Source: Eutreptiella sp. 'Long Island Sound 2002'
Lineage: Eukaryota > Protista > Euglenida
Direction: 5' to 3'
NCBI GenBank assembly: GCA_964036045.1
Contig: OZ038379.1
Location: 72,664,001-72,728,000, forward strand
Length of the DNA stretch: 64,000 nucleotides
Shown here piece after piece: positions 34,142 through 46,229 of the stretch. The notes beneath the pieces are model-generated. The model did not search any database. It was not told the DNA's origin and worked only from the letters and a program-made list of their open reading frames with translations. How positions within the stretch are numbered: the first letter of the stretch is position 1; each line of letters starts with the position of its first letter. The position numbers and the translations under genes are program-made.

Positions 34142-35174
34142 CGGAGGAACACGGACCCCTTTGACGACGCAGAACTGAGGGTGCTCTACGGCATCTACGC
34201 CGCCGCACCCTCGAGTGGGCTGGTGGCAGCCCTTCGGGAACACCTCTAGGACGTCAACCCGAACAGGTTCTTCGCCGTGGTCGCCCTGCCGCACGCAGCA
34301 ACCACCGAAATCTTTGTGCGGCAGCTCCAGGCGCTCGTCACCCCCGGGACACAGATCACGGACGTCCTTGTTGACGCGTGGATCTGGTGGTTCAACACCC
34401 ACCAGCCGAACCAGAGAGGCATATGGGTCCCACACCTGGGCTGGGCACACACGCTCATAGCGCCACCGTCGGACCCCAGGCTGGCGCCCAGCACCGGGGG
34501 CTGGGAACAGGCCGCCCCGCCACTGAGAGCCGAAACCCTCAACATCCCACCGTACAAAGACCTGGCGGAATGGGAAAGCAGGACAGCCCGCGATAGGGGG
34601 CGCAACCTCAAGAGCATGGTGCAGCGGTACCCGGAGACGGCACGCACCACGCGAAGGTGACCCCAGCACCATCGCCATGATCGTGTTGGAAAATGGCCAC
34701 TACCACCAAGTGCGGATCAGCCCGCACCCGCAGGAGCACCACTGGAGCCTGGAGGCCGTCGACTCCATGCTCCCGGCGAACGACCAGCCCCGGGAACCCC
34801 TAACGGGCATCGTGTCGGGGGCAGCTGGCACCTGGCACCCAGGCCATGCCCTCTACTGCCTCTGGCGGTGGGCGCAGCGCCGCTGGTCGCAGGCCAAGCA
34901 CTGAACGGCAACATGGAGGTTCCACCTGGACGGCCGGCAGCAGCTGGAGGCCTTCCCTGAGCGCAAGCGGACAGCAGACACCCCCACTGCGACCAACCTG
35001 TGCCCCGTCTTCCCGATCCACCCGATCCAGGCGCTGGCGATGGGCGGGCAACTGCAGCTAGGCATCCGCACTGAGACGGAAGCCCAGGCGGCACACGCGG
35101 CCCTTGTGCACGAGATCCTCAGTGCCCTCCGCAGCGCCCTCTTACGGCGCGCGGGAAACCCTCCAGGGCCCTGA
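34142..35174 (+). pseudogene. Ulp1/C48-like cysteine protease relic
   Basis: LQALVTPGTQITDVLVDAWIWWF (L.pg.wlnD.vid), IVLENGHYHQVRI (His), LEAVDSM (Asp), QQLE...NLCPVF (Cys). Two stops and one frameshift. Confidence 0.55.
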
Positions 35175-37054
35175 ACCACCGCGAGCCGGAATCGGGAACA
35201 CACCCCCATAAAGAAGCGGGGTGACACCATCGAGACCGCCCCGCGCTGCCTGGCGCGGCACACGCGTCCCCTGCCCACCGCGGTCGGTCACCAGCAGTGC
35301 AACGACGACACACTGCCCCGCACACGCGGCGCAGATCCGACAGCGGCCACCCGCAGATGAGGAGACGACACGGCAACCTCAAGATCACCTCGTCTCACCT
35401 GAGACTCCGACGATGGACATCAAACCAGCGGCTGCGGGACCGGCCGTAAACCGTGACGACCCCGGGCAAGCCAATTTTGCCTAGGAGGACCCCCTCGTAC
35501 AATCCGACAACGCGCGAACGCGCAACACGCTCCACCAACGCCTGTCGGTCGGGCACGCCGGCGAGAAAGGCGTCGAACTGCCCGGCTCATGCAGCGGACA
35601 CCGAACGATTCCGGGCTAACCTTGGCAGCCCTACGGCCCATGATGTTTCAACGAACCCGCGGAACCCCAACGAATTTCTCCTACATCCCCCAGGCGGGGG
35701 CCACGCTCCCCAGACCCCCGCACTCCATCAACGTCAGAGATCAGGACGGGGCCCGGAACGGACCTGTCCTTCCGCCTAACCTTCCTCTCCCACAAGCCGG
35801 GCACACGATGGGCCGGGCCAAGGGGGCAGCCAAACACGCGGGGTCCACGGGCTCGCCGACGACCACGGGAACGTTATCAAGAAGTCGTCAGGAACGTTAC
35901 TTTCCAGGGCGAGGGTCAAGAGATATGTGCGCCACTGGAGCCGACGCGCACCTCCTCCGAAAAAGTTAAATGCCTGGGGTGCTGGGACGGCTTCAGCACA
36001 TGTAACCTGCGAGAATGGTGCGAGGGACACGTTCCCCGCAGCCCAGAAAGCTAACAGCGTCAAGGAGCGAGAGGGGGGCCTCGACACTGACCAGCATTCC
36101 TTTTATCTCCTGACCCCTACCAGGAACACGCAAGGGGCCAAGAGCTCACCGCGCGGGACCCACAACCCCGCCGGCTCCTGCCGGCGAACACGAGAGTGTT
36201 GCGCCGAGCCCAGCCCGCCGCGCCAGACAGGACGCCCGTCACCAGAGCACGAGCCAGGCCACCCTAACCTCCGGAAACTGCACTGAGGCACTAACACGCA
36301 CACCACCGGACCTGCAAGACACAGCACGATACGGCACACGACAGGCCTGCAATCACAAGCACGAGCAGCGCACCATGATCGGCACAAGCGAAGCTGAAAG
36401 GACAGCTGAAGGGCACTGCGAAATACCAGATGATGGGTTGTGCCTGTAACGATGCCTCCAGGGGGGGACAGGGCATATCGTATCGAATTTCAAAATTTTT
36501 CTCAGCGGTCGTACCGATTGTCGCTACTCTTTTCTTCCTGAGCACACGCCCGACCATGAGGGCGCGATGCACCGTCAAAACGTACCATACCGGCCCAACG
36601 CAACCGGAACAACCAGAAACGACCCTACACGGCCACCGTGGCCCAACGCATCCGACGGCAGGACAAGCCGGCCAATGGGGGGCGAAGACGACGGCGTACC
36701 AACGAAGGTACTGGCAACAACACAACAACCGCACGCGCCGATGTCCCAAAACCGGGCAAACAACGAGAAAACACGCCCCACGGGGAACACATGACGTGGG
36801 GGACAGCTACAGTGACCAGACACGGCCGGCCAGGCCCATATGAACCACCACACAACCCCGGACGGGCCGACCACTGGCGGCCACGACACCGGCAAACCAA
36901 CACCACGCACCGGCCGCGCCCCGGTCGCAACACATCCACCACACCAGACAGGCCGGCCACCGCAAACCTGAGAACGAACTGAGAAGACAACAAAGACAAC
37001 ATCTGGCTACACCGGCGCGGGCTGCAGCGCAATCAACCCCACGACCCACAGGCC

Positions 37055-37730
37055 GACCATAAGGCGGCTGACACAACCGGGTACCGACCAAAGTGCTGCT
37101 GAAAAACGACCCGACAATGAGCAGACCGCACGCAAGCCAGCCAACACCCAACCGGCAAGGCATGCAAGGATCAAAACGGGAACGGCGTCCTATGGGTTGG
37201 CCACAACTTGCTGCGCCCCGCCTGCCGGCAACCATACCCACGAACGCACCGCAATGCCGAGATTCCACCATTGGACAACCAACCAACCAACCAAAACGAC
37301 CTACTTCCAACCCCCGACCCCAAGGCCATAACGACTCACCATAACGGGCTGCGCACACGCGGACCTGTGCAAAAATGAGCCCACTGCGCACACATCGTCT
37401 ACAGGACAGCCTAGGACGCGACAGCGCTGGCAGCAGAAGAAAGAAACCAAACAATCAACAAGCTGACCATCAGGCGGCTGACACACCCAAGCACCAACCA
37501 AACAGCTGCGGCAGCAAGGAGGCGACCATAAACAGACCACACGCAAGCCGGCCAATGTCAAATCAGCCGCACATGCAAGGGTCAATACGGGAACACTGTC
37601 CCACTGGTTGGCGACACCACGGTGCGCCAAGCCCGCTGACGAGCATACCCACGGACGCTACAGCACATCGCAACTCTACCATTACACAACCAACGAACCT
37701 ACGGCAACGAACTACTTCCAACCCCCGCCC
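37055..37730 (+). repeat. Diverged ~410-bp-period direct duplication in the A/C-rich part of the retroelement
   Basis: GACCAT.AGGCGGCTGACAC, CACGCAAGCC.GCCAA and TACTTCCAACCCCCG each occur twice (37055-37330 and 37465-37730). Confidence 0.75.
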
Positions 37731-38539
37731 CCCCCCGAGAGCGCAAGCTCGACCGAGTCACGAGGCGTGAGTGTGCGCCACGGCATGCGAGTCGCGTAGC
37801 ACGTGATTCTTCAAAACGCCCCACGCCCAATGAAAACCAACCCAGGTGAAGGTGCCTGCAGGACAGGGCCTATGGCCTGGCTCCGGGCCCCTGGGCCACA
37901 GATTGCGGAGGGTGATGAGTATGTGCGATGGGACCCTCCCCCACATATCATCCGACCAAAGGAGAGGAATGTGACACCTCGGTCGAACATGGGTTACCTC
38001 TCTGGGCAGAAGCCGCCGTAGGGTACTGCTCGCGGCGACCGCGCCCTTCCCCCATGTGGGGGAGCCGCTTTGTGGGGGCACGTTCAGTAGGGCCGTGGGT
38101 GAGTGAGCAAAAGCCCCTTTGTAAGACCCCGCTGCGGGGCAACCCCAGTCCCGAGATGACCTACCTACCTACCTGAACAGAAACAGGCAGAGAACATATT
38201 TTTGACAGGTCGACATTTCTGCACCACCCCCCGCATGCAGCCAGTTACATTCTGTATCCTGCTCTCATGAATCCTGATACTCACCCAGTGAAGGACACTG
38301 AGATGAGGCAGTATGTTGCTCCAGTATTTGAATCTTTTGCTGGCAAGGAACATTCTGCAACAGCAAGACTCCAACTGCAGCAGTTTCTGATGAGGTGTGG
38401 CGAGTTCTCAGATGCTCAAATCTGGACAAAGGAGAGTTTTTCTAGGGGTGGACCCAATTCGTTTCAGGCTTTTTGCTCTGAACACAGTGTCCTAAGGGAG
38501 ATTTGTAATGGGACTCTGATTGGTTTTCCATGATCCGCG

Positions 38540-38817
38540 AATACCTCTGATGATCCCAGATAAATCAAACTCCAACCGCACGACACAGAACCACTGACCG
38601 GATGGAGCTGAGACCGTGACGGTAGCGACTGAAGGAAACCTACCGCCAGTCATACCCCAAGGGAACCTGATTGAAGTTCTCGGCCGTGAGTTGAGACCCC
38701 AGGGGAACTGATGGTCAGCAGCTCCCCTTCTCGCCTGACGCGGCTACCGTGAAAAACAAACAAGGGGATGTCACATGAGGCTGCGGACACGGCCGCCCTT
38801 ACTTACTTACTTACTTA
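38540..38817 (+). mobile_element. Short retroposon 3' fragment with a (CTTA)5 tail
   Basis: CTTA x5 at 38798-38817 ends a unique segment that begins where the hAT frame breaks off. No TSD found. Confidence 0.4.
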
Positions 38818-38930
38818 GACAAAAGATGTATAAGCCTGTACTCGTCACCATACAATCGCTACATCTGGCGCATGCGCCTGCAGAGCCTGCAAATGCTGCG
38901 AATCCTATTACAATCCCCTCCTAAACTGTT
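38818..38930. repeat. Dispersed repeat (partner at 47449-47560)
   Basis: ACAAAAGATGT..AAGCCTGTACT.GTCACCATACAATC...GCATGCGCCTGCAGA...AATGCTGC.AATCCTATTACA shared. Confidence 0.8.
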
Positions 38931-39750
38931 TCATAGTCTACACAACACCTTGCTAGAGTTCAAATGTTTGATAATAATCATATAGGAGTGGTAGCACTTG
39001 CATAGCGCATGCTTGCTGCTCAGCACCCCACTGTGGGCTGGCTACCATACACCACCAAAGATTGGTTTTGATATGTGCTTTAGCCCTAGCCGGGTATACT
39101 GATGACTCTAAGCGGCAGGGTGTGCCTCCATTCCGTCCTCTCAGCCTATTTTGGATCTGGTAATGTGTAGAAGTATATGTACAGTGGGTGCTGCGGGTAT
39201 AAGGAGTGGGGCTGAGTCAAAAATGCTTTAATGCATCTCCCAGGGGGAGTATGTGGGGATCACCTTTGAGCTTCAACACAGGACAACTCTAGGCGCCCAA
39301 ACACAACAGAAGATGCAAAGTTGCAGTGCAAATCCTTGGTTCTGTTCCATTTTGAAATCGTGCAACTTTGACTCAACCTTGCATTTAACAAAAGCTAAAA
39401 AATGTTTCTTCCATAGCTTTTCACCGACGATTGGGCTCCTTGGAGCAACCACACCTGTTGTTCTATGGTATGGCTTGTTTGAGCGATGCCTGGTAGAATG
39501 TTTTGCACCTCTATTACTCCCCTCCCATCATAGCCCTTAGCACCAAAGAAGCAATGTGGTTCAAGATTGTAGGCGGTACATTCAACTTTGGTTCAACTTT
39601 GGACTCAACGTTGCAAATTGCATCAAAGTTGCATCAAGTAATGCAATTTAGGCTCAAATTTGATTCAACATTGCTTTTTATAATGTGGCACGGCGATGCA
39701 CCCATAAACTTAGAAAATAGTTGTATACATGGGAACCTTCGACATCGCAC

Positions 39751-40194
39751 CTATGGGCTCTTAAATGCAAGAGACCTCTCCCTCTTGATTGGGGGTGACC
39801 TTCCGCCACCACTCGGCTTTCTTGCACTATCAGGTTCGCACCACGTGCAATCCCAGCCCGCCCACTCCTCTCTTACCGATGACAGGCTGGTGTACAGTAT
39901 GTACTGTGTGGTGTCTATTTCTAGGTTACAAGCTTCCCATCGACCATCCCATTGTTCTGGTGCTTCGAAGCACACTTTCTTTCCTTTCTCACTTTTGACA
40001 TACCCCACCACTGGCTCCAAACAGCCGGGCCCCTCCCTAGCCCACTCATCCTTGGCACTCGAACCACAACCAAGGCTCATCTTCCAAAGGAGCCACCGGA
40101 CTTTGGAGGTCTGTGGCCAACCAAACGTGTCCCTTGCCAATGCGCTTTTGATGTCACCCAATTCACGGCGGCCTTGTCCTTGCACCAAGCCCAC
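39751..40194 (-). CDS. Trp-rich coding fragment of unknown function (probable exon)
   Basis: A 147-codon open frame with normal complexity, bounded by AAAGTTG-rich intron-like spacers. Confidence 0.3.
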   Translation of the reverse strand: MGLVQGQGRRELGDIKSALARDTFGWPQTSKVRWLLWKMSLGCGSSAKDEWAREGPGCLEPVVGYVKSEKGKKVCFEAPEQWDGRWEACNLEIDTTQYILYTSLSSVREEWAGWDCTWCEPDSARKPSGGGRSPPIKRERSLAFKSP

Positions 40195-40319
40195 CTACAC
40201 ACTAAGAAGAAGTGTTTAGGAGGATTGGAAAAGGACGAAGCACACGAACAATGCGAAAAAAAGAAGACAAGTGCCACGTACATCCAACATTCAATCAAGG
40301 TCATCAAGGTAGCTCATCT

Positions 40320-42379
40320 ATGGAATTATTTCCTCGTGTCCAATATCATCATCCCTGTCCGGAGCTTTTTGCGTTGCGTCGGCCTGGGTTGCGGTGCCTT
40401 GGTTTGCGGTGCCTTGTTTTGCCGTGGGGGCGGCTTGGTTTGCGGTGGCGGTGGCCTAAGTGGAGAGAACCAAAGTTGAAGCAAAGTTGAATGAATCTTG
40501 AGCCCATGTGTGTTGACATGCATCGTACTACATGTATGCTACTCAAAGCTGCACCGAAGTCCAATGAAAGTTGAATGACCCCCTACTTGGACCCCCTACT
40601 GCCTACGCTACCTACCTACCCTAGAGAATACCTTCTTGGTTTTCTGCCGGGTTTCCCCTCGCGCATCGTTGCGGTGGGCGCGGTCGCTCTTGGCTTGGTC
40701 CTTTTTGGCTGCTGCCCGCCTGGCTTCTTCCTTGGCTTCTTCCTGCTTCTTTTTCTCCTTCTCTCTTTTGTCCTCCTTTGCTTTCTCTTCCTTGGCCTTC
40801 TGTGCCAGGACCTCTTGGATGAGCCCCCTGGTCTTCTCCTCGCTGGCATCCATTGCGTCGATCCTGTGTTGCCGCGGCTTCTCCGGTGCTTTGGGTTTCC
40901 CACCGTGCCTTGCCTCGATCCATGCTCTTTGCTCTCGGCTTGGCGCTTGGGGCCCGCGGACTTGGCGACCGATTCTTGGAGAGCGACGTGGGCTTGTTGC
41001 TTGGGCGCTTGAGCTGCCTGGGCTTGCACTGGTGCGGCTTAGGCTGCTGGTGCGGGGGGTCGCTGGAGGGCTGCTTGCCGCGTTTGAAGTTGTTGCAGGA
41101 GGGCCAGTTGATGAGCGGATGGTGGTGCCGCGGCCACGCCGGTAAGCCCCATAAGCCGCGAACTTGGCGCCAACGGACCAATGAGCCCAACGGATTGTGT
41201 TGGGGCCCACTGCGCCCACGGGACGGGGTTGTTCGTGCGCGCTGGCAGGCCAAATACGCCACGGGTCCTTACCACAGCCGCACCCTAAGGCAAAGCAGGG
41301 GACGGGTCATTGGGGGTTGATTGAAAGTTGCAGTGCGGACTGGGAAGATGCATCACTAGTCAATGTACCATAGGCAAAGTTGAACCACAATCGCGTCCGC
41401 CTTAGATCGGCACGAATGCAAAATCACCAACATGGTCCTACCTCCCGCAAAGCCCTACCTCTGCAAAGAAGAGTCGGAATTTGACAACTGGGTCCACATG
41501 GGTCTCCTCGTTGTGCGTCGGTGGTTGGGTTTCCTCTGCCTTCACAGTGGTGCGTCTTCTTTTCTTCTCACTTGTGTCTTTCTCCCTCCCTTTCTCTCTC
41601 TTCCTCATCTTCTCCTTTTTGTCGGTCTCCTTGACTTCCTCCTGCCCAAGAAATAGGGCTTTCCAGTTTGTCATGCAACCACCTACAACCTCGATCAACC
41701 TGTACACGTTCTCGTATGCGCCACTATTTGCGGCAGCATCATCCCACCAACCAGCAGGGAACCCTTCCGCATTGGAGGTGAAGAAATAGAACCTTGTTTG
41801 CGGGGACCTTCCTGCCCGCACGCCACGCGGTGCTCCGATGCTCACCTTCACCACTCCATACCCTTCGAAGGCCCGCAGGATGTGTCCCCATTCCACTGGT
41901 CCGGGAGGGAATAGGGGTGTGCAATTCATTGGCCCGGTGGATGGCCTCATCATTCGCCATGTGCTCAGGGTGGCGGGAGTTACAGCCTCTGCTGTCTAGG
42001 GCAATGGCAACGGGTTGCCATGCATGGCAGTCCTTGTGTTTGTGCGCTGCCATTTGTGTAGGATGCGTTGGTATAGCGTGCGAAGCGTTATGTCCGCCAA
42101 CCATCTATACCCAGCCTCCTTTGCCGGGCTAGCTCCGATGATTAGTGTGTCGGGATGGGGATGCTGTCCTACAAGCATTTCGTCACTTGGGGGCAAACAC
42201 GCGACCGATTGTGTTAATGAGGCTTGTGAACTCGGCAAGGAATTATCCGCATCCTCCGGTACCACTTGCTCAGATTTGACCTGAAAATGGAGAATGGCGA
42301 TCGCTGGACTCGAAGTTCGGAGGACCACGATGGCGCACCACCAGGCGTAACATCGTAACATCGCCGCATCCGTGGGCAA
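40320..42379 (-). pseudogene. Spliced multi-exon gene relic with a weak PhyH-like 2OG-Fe(II) dioxygenase signature and a Lys/Glu-rich C-terminus
   Basis: GT-AG introns at 41441-41285 and 40631-40456 with pyrimidine tracts. FEGYGVVKV, THVD and RVRLW*G motifs. Contains stops and a frameshift. Confidence 0.4.
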
Positions 42380-42939
42380 TGTGGAAGCGCAAATATGGAA
42401 AGTTGAATTACAATCAGCGCTGAATCACTGTTACGCCAATAAGTCGCAATGCATAGAACGCAAAGTTGTAATCTGGCAACCAAAATTGGGGAAATCACGA
42501 TTCAATGAGTCAGACGTAGGAATGCCCAGCATGCATGCACAGCACACACTGTGGCCTGTTGCTGGTTGCTGTGCCTCAGAAGAATACTCCCCAACTGTTC
42601 GACTTCCGAAGGAGTGATACCCGCCATTGTCCCAACACTACAGAAGCCATGGTTTGTCAAACAGGTGTCGTTTGCTGTTTCCGTGGTGCATCGTAGCCAT
42701 TTTCTGAAGCGTATTTGGAATATCAGAAAGCCTACGTTAGGAAACAAGGCCATATTAGACATTTTAGGCACCGCGCGCACTCCGTGCACACTCTGGCGAC
42801 CGATGGTCAAAGTTGTAGCAAAGATGAACGAAAGTTGCATCAAAGTTGGCGACCGGTGCCGCCATACTGCGGATGAACGTCAAGAATGCTTGCCGGCAGC
42901 AACGCTAGACCCTACCGTACGCCTACCGTACACTCTACA

Positions 42940-43390
42940 CGTCCCTTTGTACTGTTCCAACCCGTTGGCACTCGCCAGAGACCTGCCTTCCATGTTTTCG
43001 GCAGTATTTGAGCTGACGGAGCGTAGCGTCGTGCACGTCGAGTCATTGTTGAAGCAAAGGTGAGCGAAAAATGCAGGGAACGGCTGAGATTTACCAGAAA
43101 GACTTCAAGTATCAGTACCAGCAGCACGTACCACCATACCTACCATCATACCATATGTCCTGTGGCTCTTTTCTTAATGTTCCAACCTGTTGGCACTTGC
43201 TGGTAACCTGGCGTTGATGGTTTCAGTGGTATTTGAGCTGACGAAGCGTAGCGGCGTGCAGCGTGAGTCAATGTTGAGGCAAAGTTGACTCAAAGTTGCA
43301 ACGACAGGCAGAGATTTGGAAAAATGAGTTCAAGTATGGGTACCAGCGACACCGAACGGCACCATCAGACTATAGCGCACATCATGTGAC
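42940..43390 (-). repeat. Tandem duplication of a ~235-bp exon-intron unit
   Basis: Both units have CGCTACGCT.CGTCAG|CTCAAATA and encode VPTGWN. Confidence 0.7.
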
Positions 43391-43675
43391 AATCCTTAAA
43401 ATTTCCCAAAATGTCCCACGTCTGTGCTTCCAGTTTGGGTCAAAGCTGAGATGAAGGCGACACCGGTGGAGCAAAGACGGCAAGTTGAGGCAACGACGGC
43501 ATTTTTGAGGCCAAGTTCAGTGCAATCTTCAGCAAGTGGGAGCGAACAAAGTTGCAGCAATGGAGGTATCAATTGAAGCGTAAGAGGGTCATCAGTATTT
43601 ACAACTTTGAGTGTCATGTACAACTTTGCGCGCCATGAGCCCCAGGCTGAGCTCGCAAAAGAGCGGAAAAAACGA

Positions 43676-45462
43676 CTAAGTGTAGGCACCAACGTCCAAT
43701 GAAGAGTCAGACTCAGTGTCGCCTTGCATTTCAGCCAGTGCCAGATCTGCCTGAACAGCAACGTGGACAACCTGTCCCTTTGTCCGACCTTCCCAGCGAG
43801 GCAACTCGTTACCCAGAAAAATACGTGCTTGACATTGCTGAACGACTCTAAGCCACGCCTCGCCTATGTTAGTTTTTGCACCTCTGCCACCAGCTCTATC
43901 GCTGTAGTTATTTTGCATATCTTTGATAACAGCATTTGCAGACTCCAGGAGGTGTCCTGAGAACATTTCATACGGTGTGGTTTGATGTTCTCAACGACAG
44001 ACTTGCAGTCGTGTGTATAAAAACCAAGTATGGGGACTTGAAGTCCGGACACAAAGCATTGCGGAATGCGCGCGCCGGCGGTGAAACGTTTAGGGCCTCT
44101 GGATCATGCCACGTCTGGTACAGCGCAGTCAGTGCGCGCGCCATGCCTCTGACAGCAGCATCAATTGCATTATCGATAGAAAGGCAACCAGATGGTTTCT
44201 TCCAAGCAACCAAGAGCCGCCAGCACTCCTCCCCATCCGGTTCTGCCTTACCCTTTGGTGTAATTCCTGTCTTCTACTCGCACAACATGCGTCCAACCTC
44301 CACAACCACAGCAGGGTCCTTACACACACCCAAGACATTAACATGCACATCAGTCCATGTTGAATACACATGACCACCTGAGAACAAGGATCTGACATAC
44401 GAGTCAAGGGTTTGTGTGTGCACCAACGCCCCTCAACAGGCTGTAGCTGTTTTGTTCGAACAAGCTCGTGCCGGCAGCGGAGCGCTTTACGTAAAATCCT
44501 ACCAATGTTCCATCTTGCCAAACGCCAAAATTGTACAAACTCGCCACCATCCAGTTGGTTGTAATGCCGAATACATGGCAGAGCCATGGTGAGTCCCCCC
44601 CAAAAAAGACGCGTGTAGGATAAGTAGTGCCACAGTAGTACATGGTCCACTCGTCAAAGACTTTCTGTATGCACCCTTAATTGACACGCTACAACCATGC
44701 CAGTGCCACGACCTCGTTTTCTGGCACCACGCCAACTCCTATTGTCAAGAGGTACGGCAGGACCTGGGACAAACGGCCGAAATTCGCAAACCCAATCAAC
44801 AGCTTCACCCAAGTGCGACCACCGACAGGCACGCCATCTCCGCGGATAATGAGGTCCAGGACACCGGTCTCGGCGGAGTCCATTGAAGGAGGAGCGCAAA
44901 TGTCCTGGTTCAAATACTCTACGTAATCAATGACGTCAGAAAGGTCTCAATTACTTGACACAGCACCAGTGGGTTTATGGATCACTTGGTGCAACACCTG
45001 CTTGCTTGCGGACCGCTTCCACTCCTTCTTCATGGTTTTCCAAGAGGGTAAGGATGGGAAAAGGCCCTTGAGTGGGGCCATTCCAGCACGATACCACGTG
45101 AAGAGGTTGCGGTACCTAAAGTAGATAGAGGAAAGTCGAACCAAAGTTGAATTAAAGTTGAAGAACAAAAATGACAGCGTCATGTGCGATCGTTGGAATA
45201 TAGAAGCCATGCAATGTTGTAATGCAACTTTGATGCAAGTTTGGAACTGCAACTTTGAGGAAAAGACAATATTGCATTCAACTTTGCCCGCTGCATCCAC
45301 CCAGCACAGCAGTTCCACAGCACACCTTTTTCTTGGAATTTGGAGGTCCAAAATGAGTTGCACGGCCCTGGCCGCAGGGATGTTTTTAAGGGGCTGCTTC
45401 TTCTGAGCATGTTGCACTCGACCACCAGAGAAAACACGGAAACGACCCGCTTGAGTAGGCAT
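43676..45462 (-). pseudogene. RAG1/Transib-like DDE transposase relic with a spliceosomal intron
   Basis: LIIRGDG (D1), FFGGDSPWL..VFG (D2), VVMCIQHGL, SPYLVFIH...MFSGHLLESANAVIK (E; compare RAG1 YFHK..H...SEGNESGNK). The 210-nt GT-AG intron at 45325-45116 splices in frame. Confidence 0.6.
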
Positions 45463-46229
45463 TTAGCTGCGGGACTGCTTTTGAAGAAATCCACCAAGCT
45501 GGTAGTCACATGAGGGTCATGCAAGTTAGAGTATTTTAGATTAAGACATTTTCTTATACGGCCAGGCATGGGAAAACTGAAAGACACAAAAGAATTAAAA
45601 AGGCGTAGCATTGCCATTTGCAGGTTTTAATACAGAACTTTTTTGGGCTCAACTTCAATGCAATTTTCGAAAACTTGCAACGTTGAGACAAAGTAGATGT
45701 AAACTGGGATAAGCATTGGTTTTGGCACCTCATGTTGGAAAAGGCCCCTAGGGAACCACAAAAGAAATACCAACTAAAAGCGGCGGCCACGTAAGAGATC
45801 CTTTAATATTAAGAGTAAGAAGGAAAAAAACAGAGCTTCCCTGTTGGCTGTTTTTACCCCTGCCTGCTGGCTGTTTGAACAAAACAAAAACCCTCCACAG
45901 ACAGGAAACATCAAAACAGGTGTGCAGGTTTTCACTTTCCCTGCTGTTTTGTGTTTTGCAAAAGCAAAAACACACAACAGACTAGAAAAGCAAAACACTC
46001 TAAGCTCTAGCATGCACAGCACAAGTACAATGTGAGAAGTCCTGTTTGGTGCTCTGCCTGAGCTCAGCAAAAGCGAAGTAGCGCCAAGGGACGCCCCCAC
46101 GTGATATACTTTAGTCATGGGGCACTGGGGCTAACAGACAGCCTGGCCATGTCATATATCACAGGGCATCTGAGCCCAAAGACAAAGAGAAGATAAGCCA
46201 ATACATCAGCGCCATAAGAGAAGGCGCTT

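Larger units (their letters stand above)
32122..38172 (+). mobile_element. 5'-truncated 6.05-kb non-LTR retroelement with a (TACC)n tail, inserted in the hAT
   Basis: TSD CTGAACAGAACCAG (32108-32121) vs CTGAACAGAAACAG (38173-38186). Tail ACCTACCTACCTACC at 38159-38173. hAT coding resumes after it. No RT recognised in the retained part. Confidence 0.85.
30480..38540 (+). pseudogene. hAT transposase (BED finger, DUF659-type core, dimerisation start) split by two insertions
   Basis: CNYC..CPHVPKDVK; PSRHKVADGLLD; TDGYSNVRRNSVINY; VIADNA; GCTFHGYNVKFKD; LPGETRL|NQCIQWFSKNK; IRKVDTE..VYHHM; HAASYILYP. Pieces at 30480-31523, 31833-32121 and 38187-38540. Confidence 0.88.

Noticed and set aside
40605-40622. 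(TACC)n as another retroelement tail
   Set aside because: It lies inside the 40631-40456 intron, with no TSD and no matching 3' end sequence.
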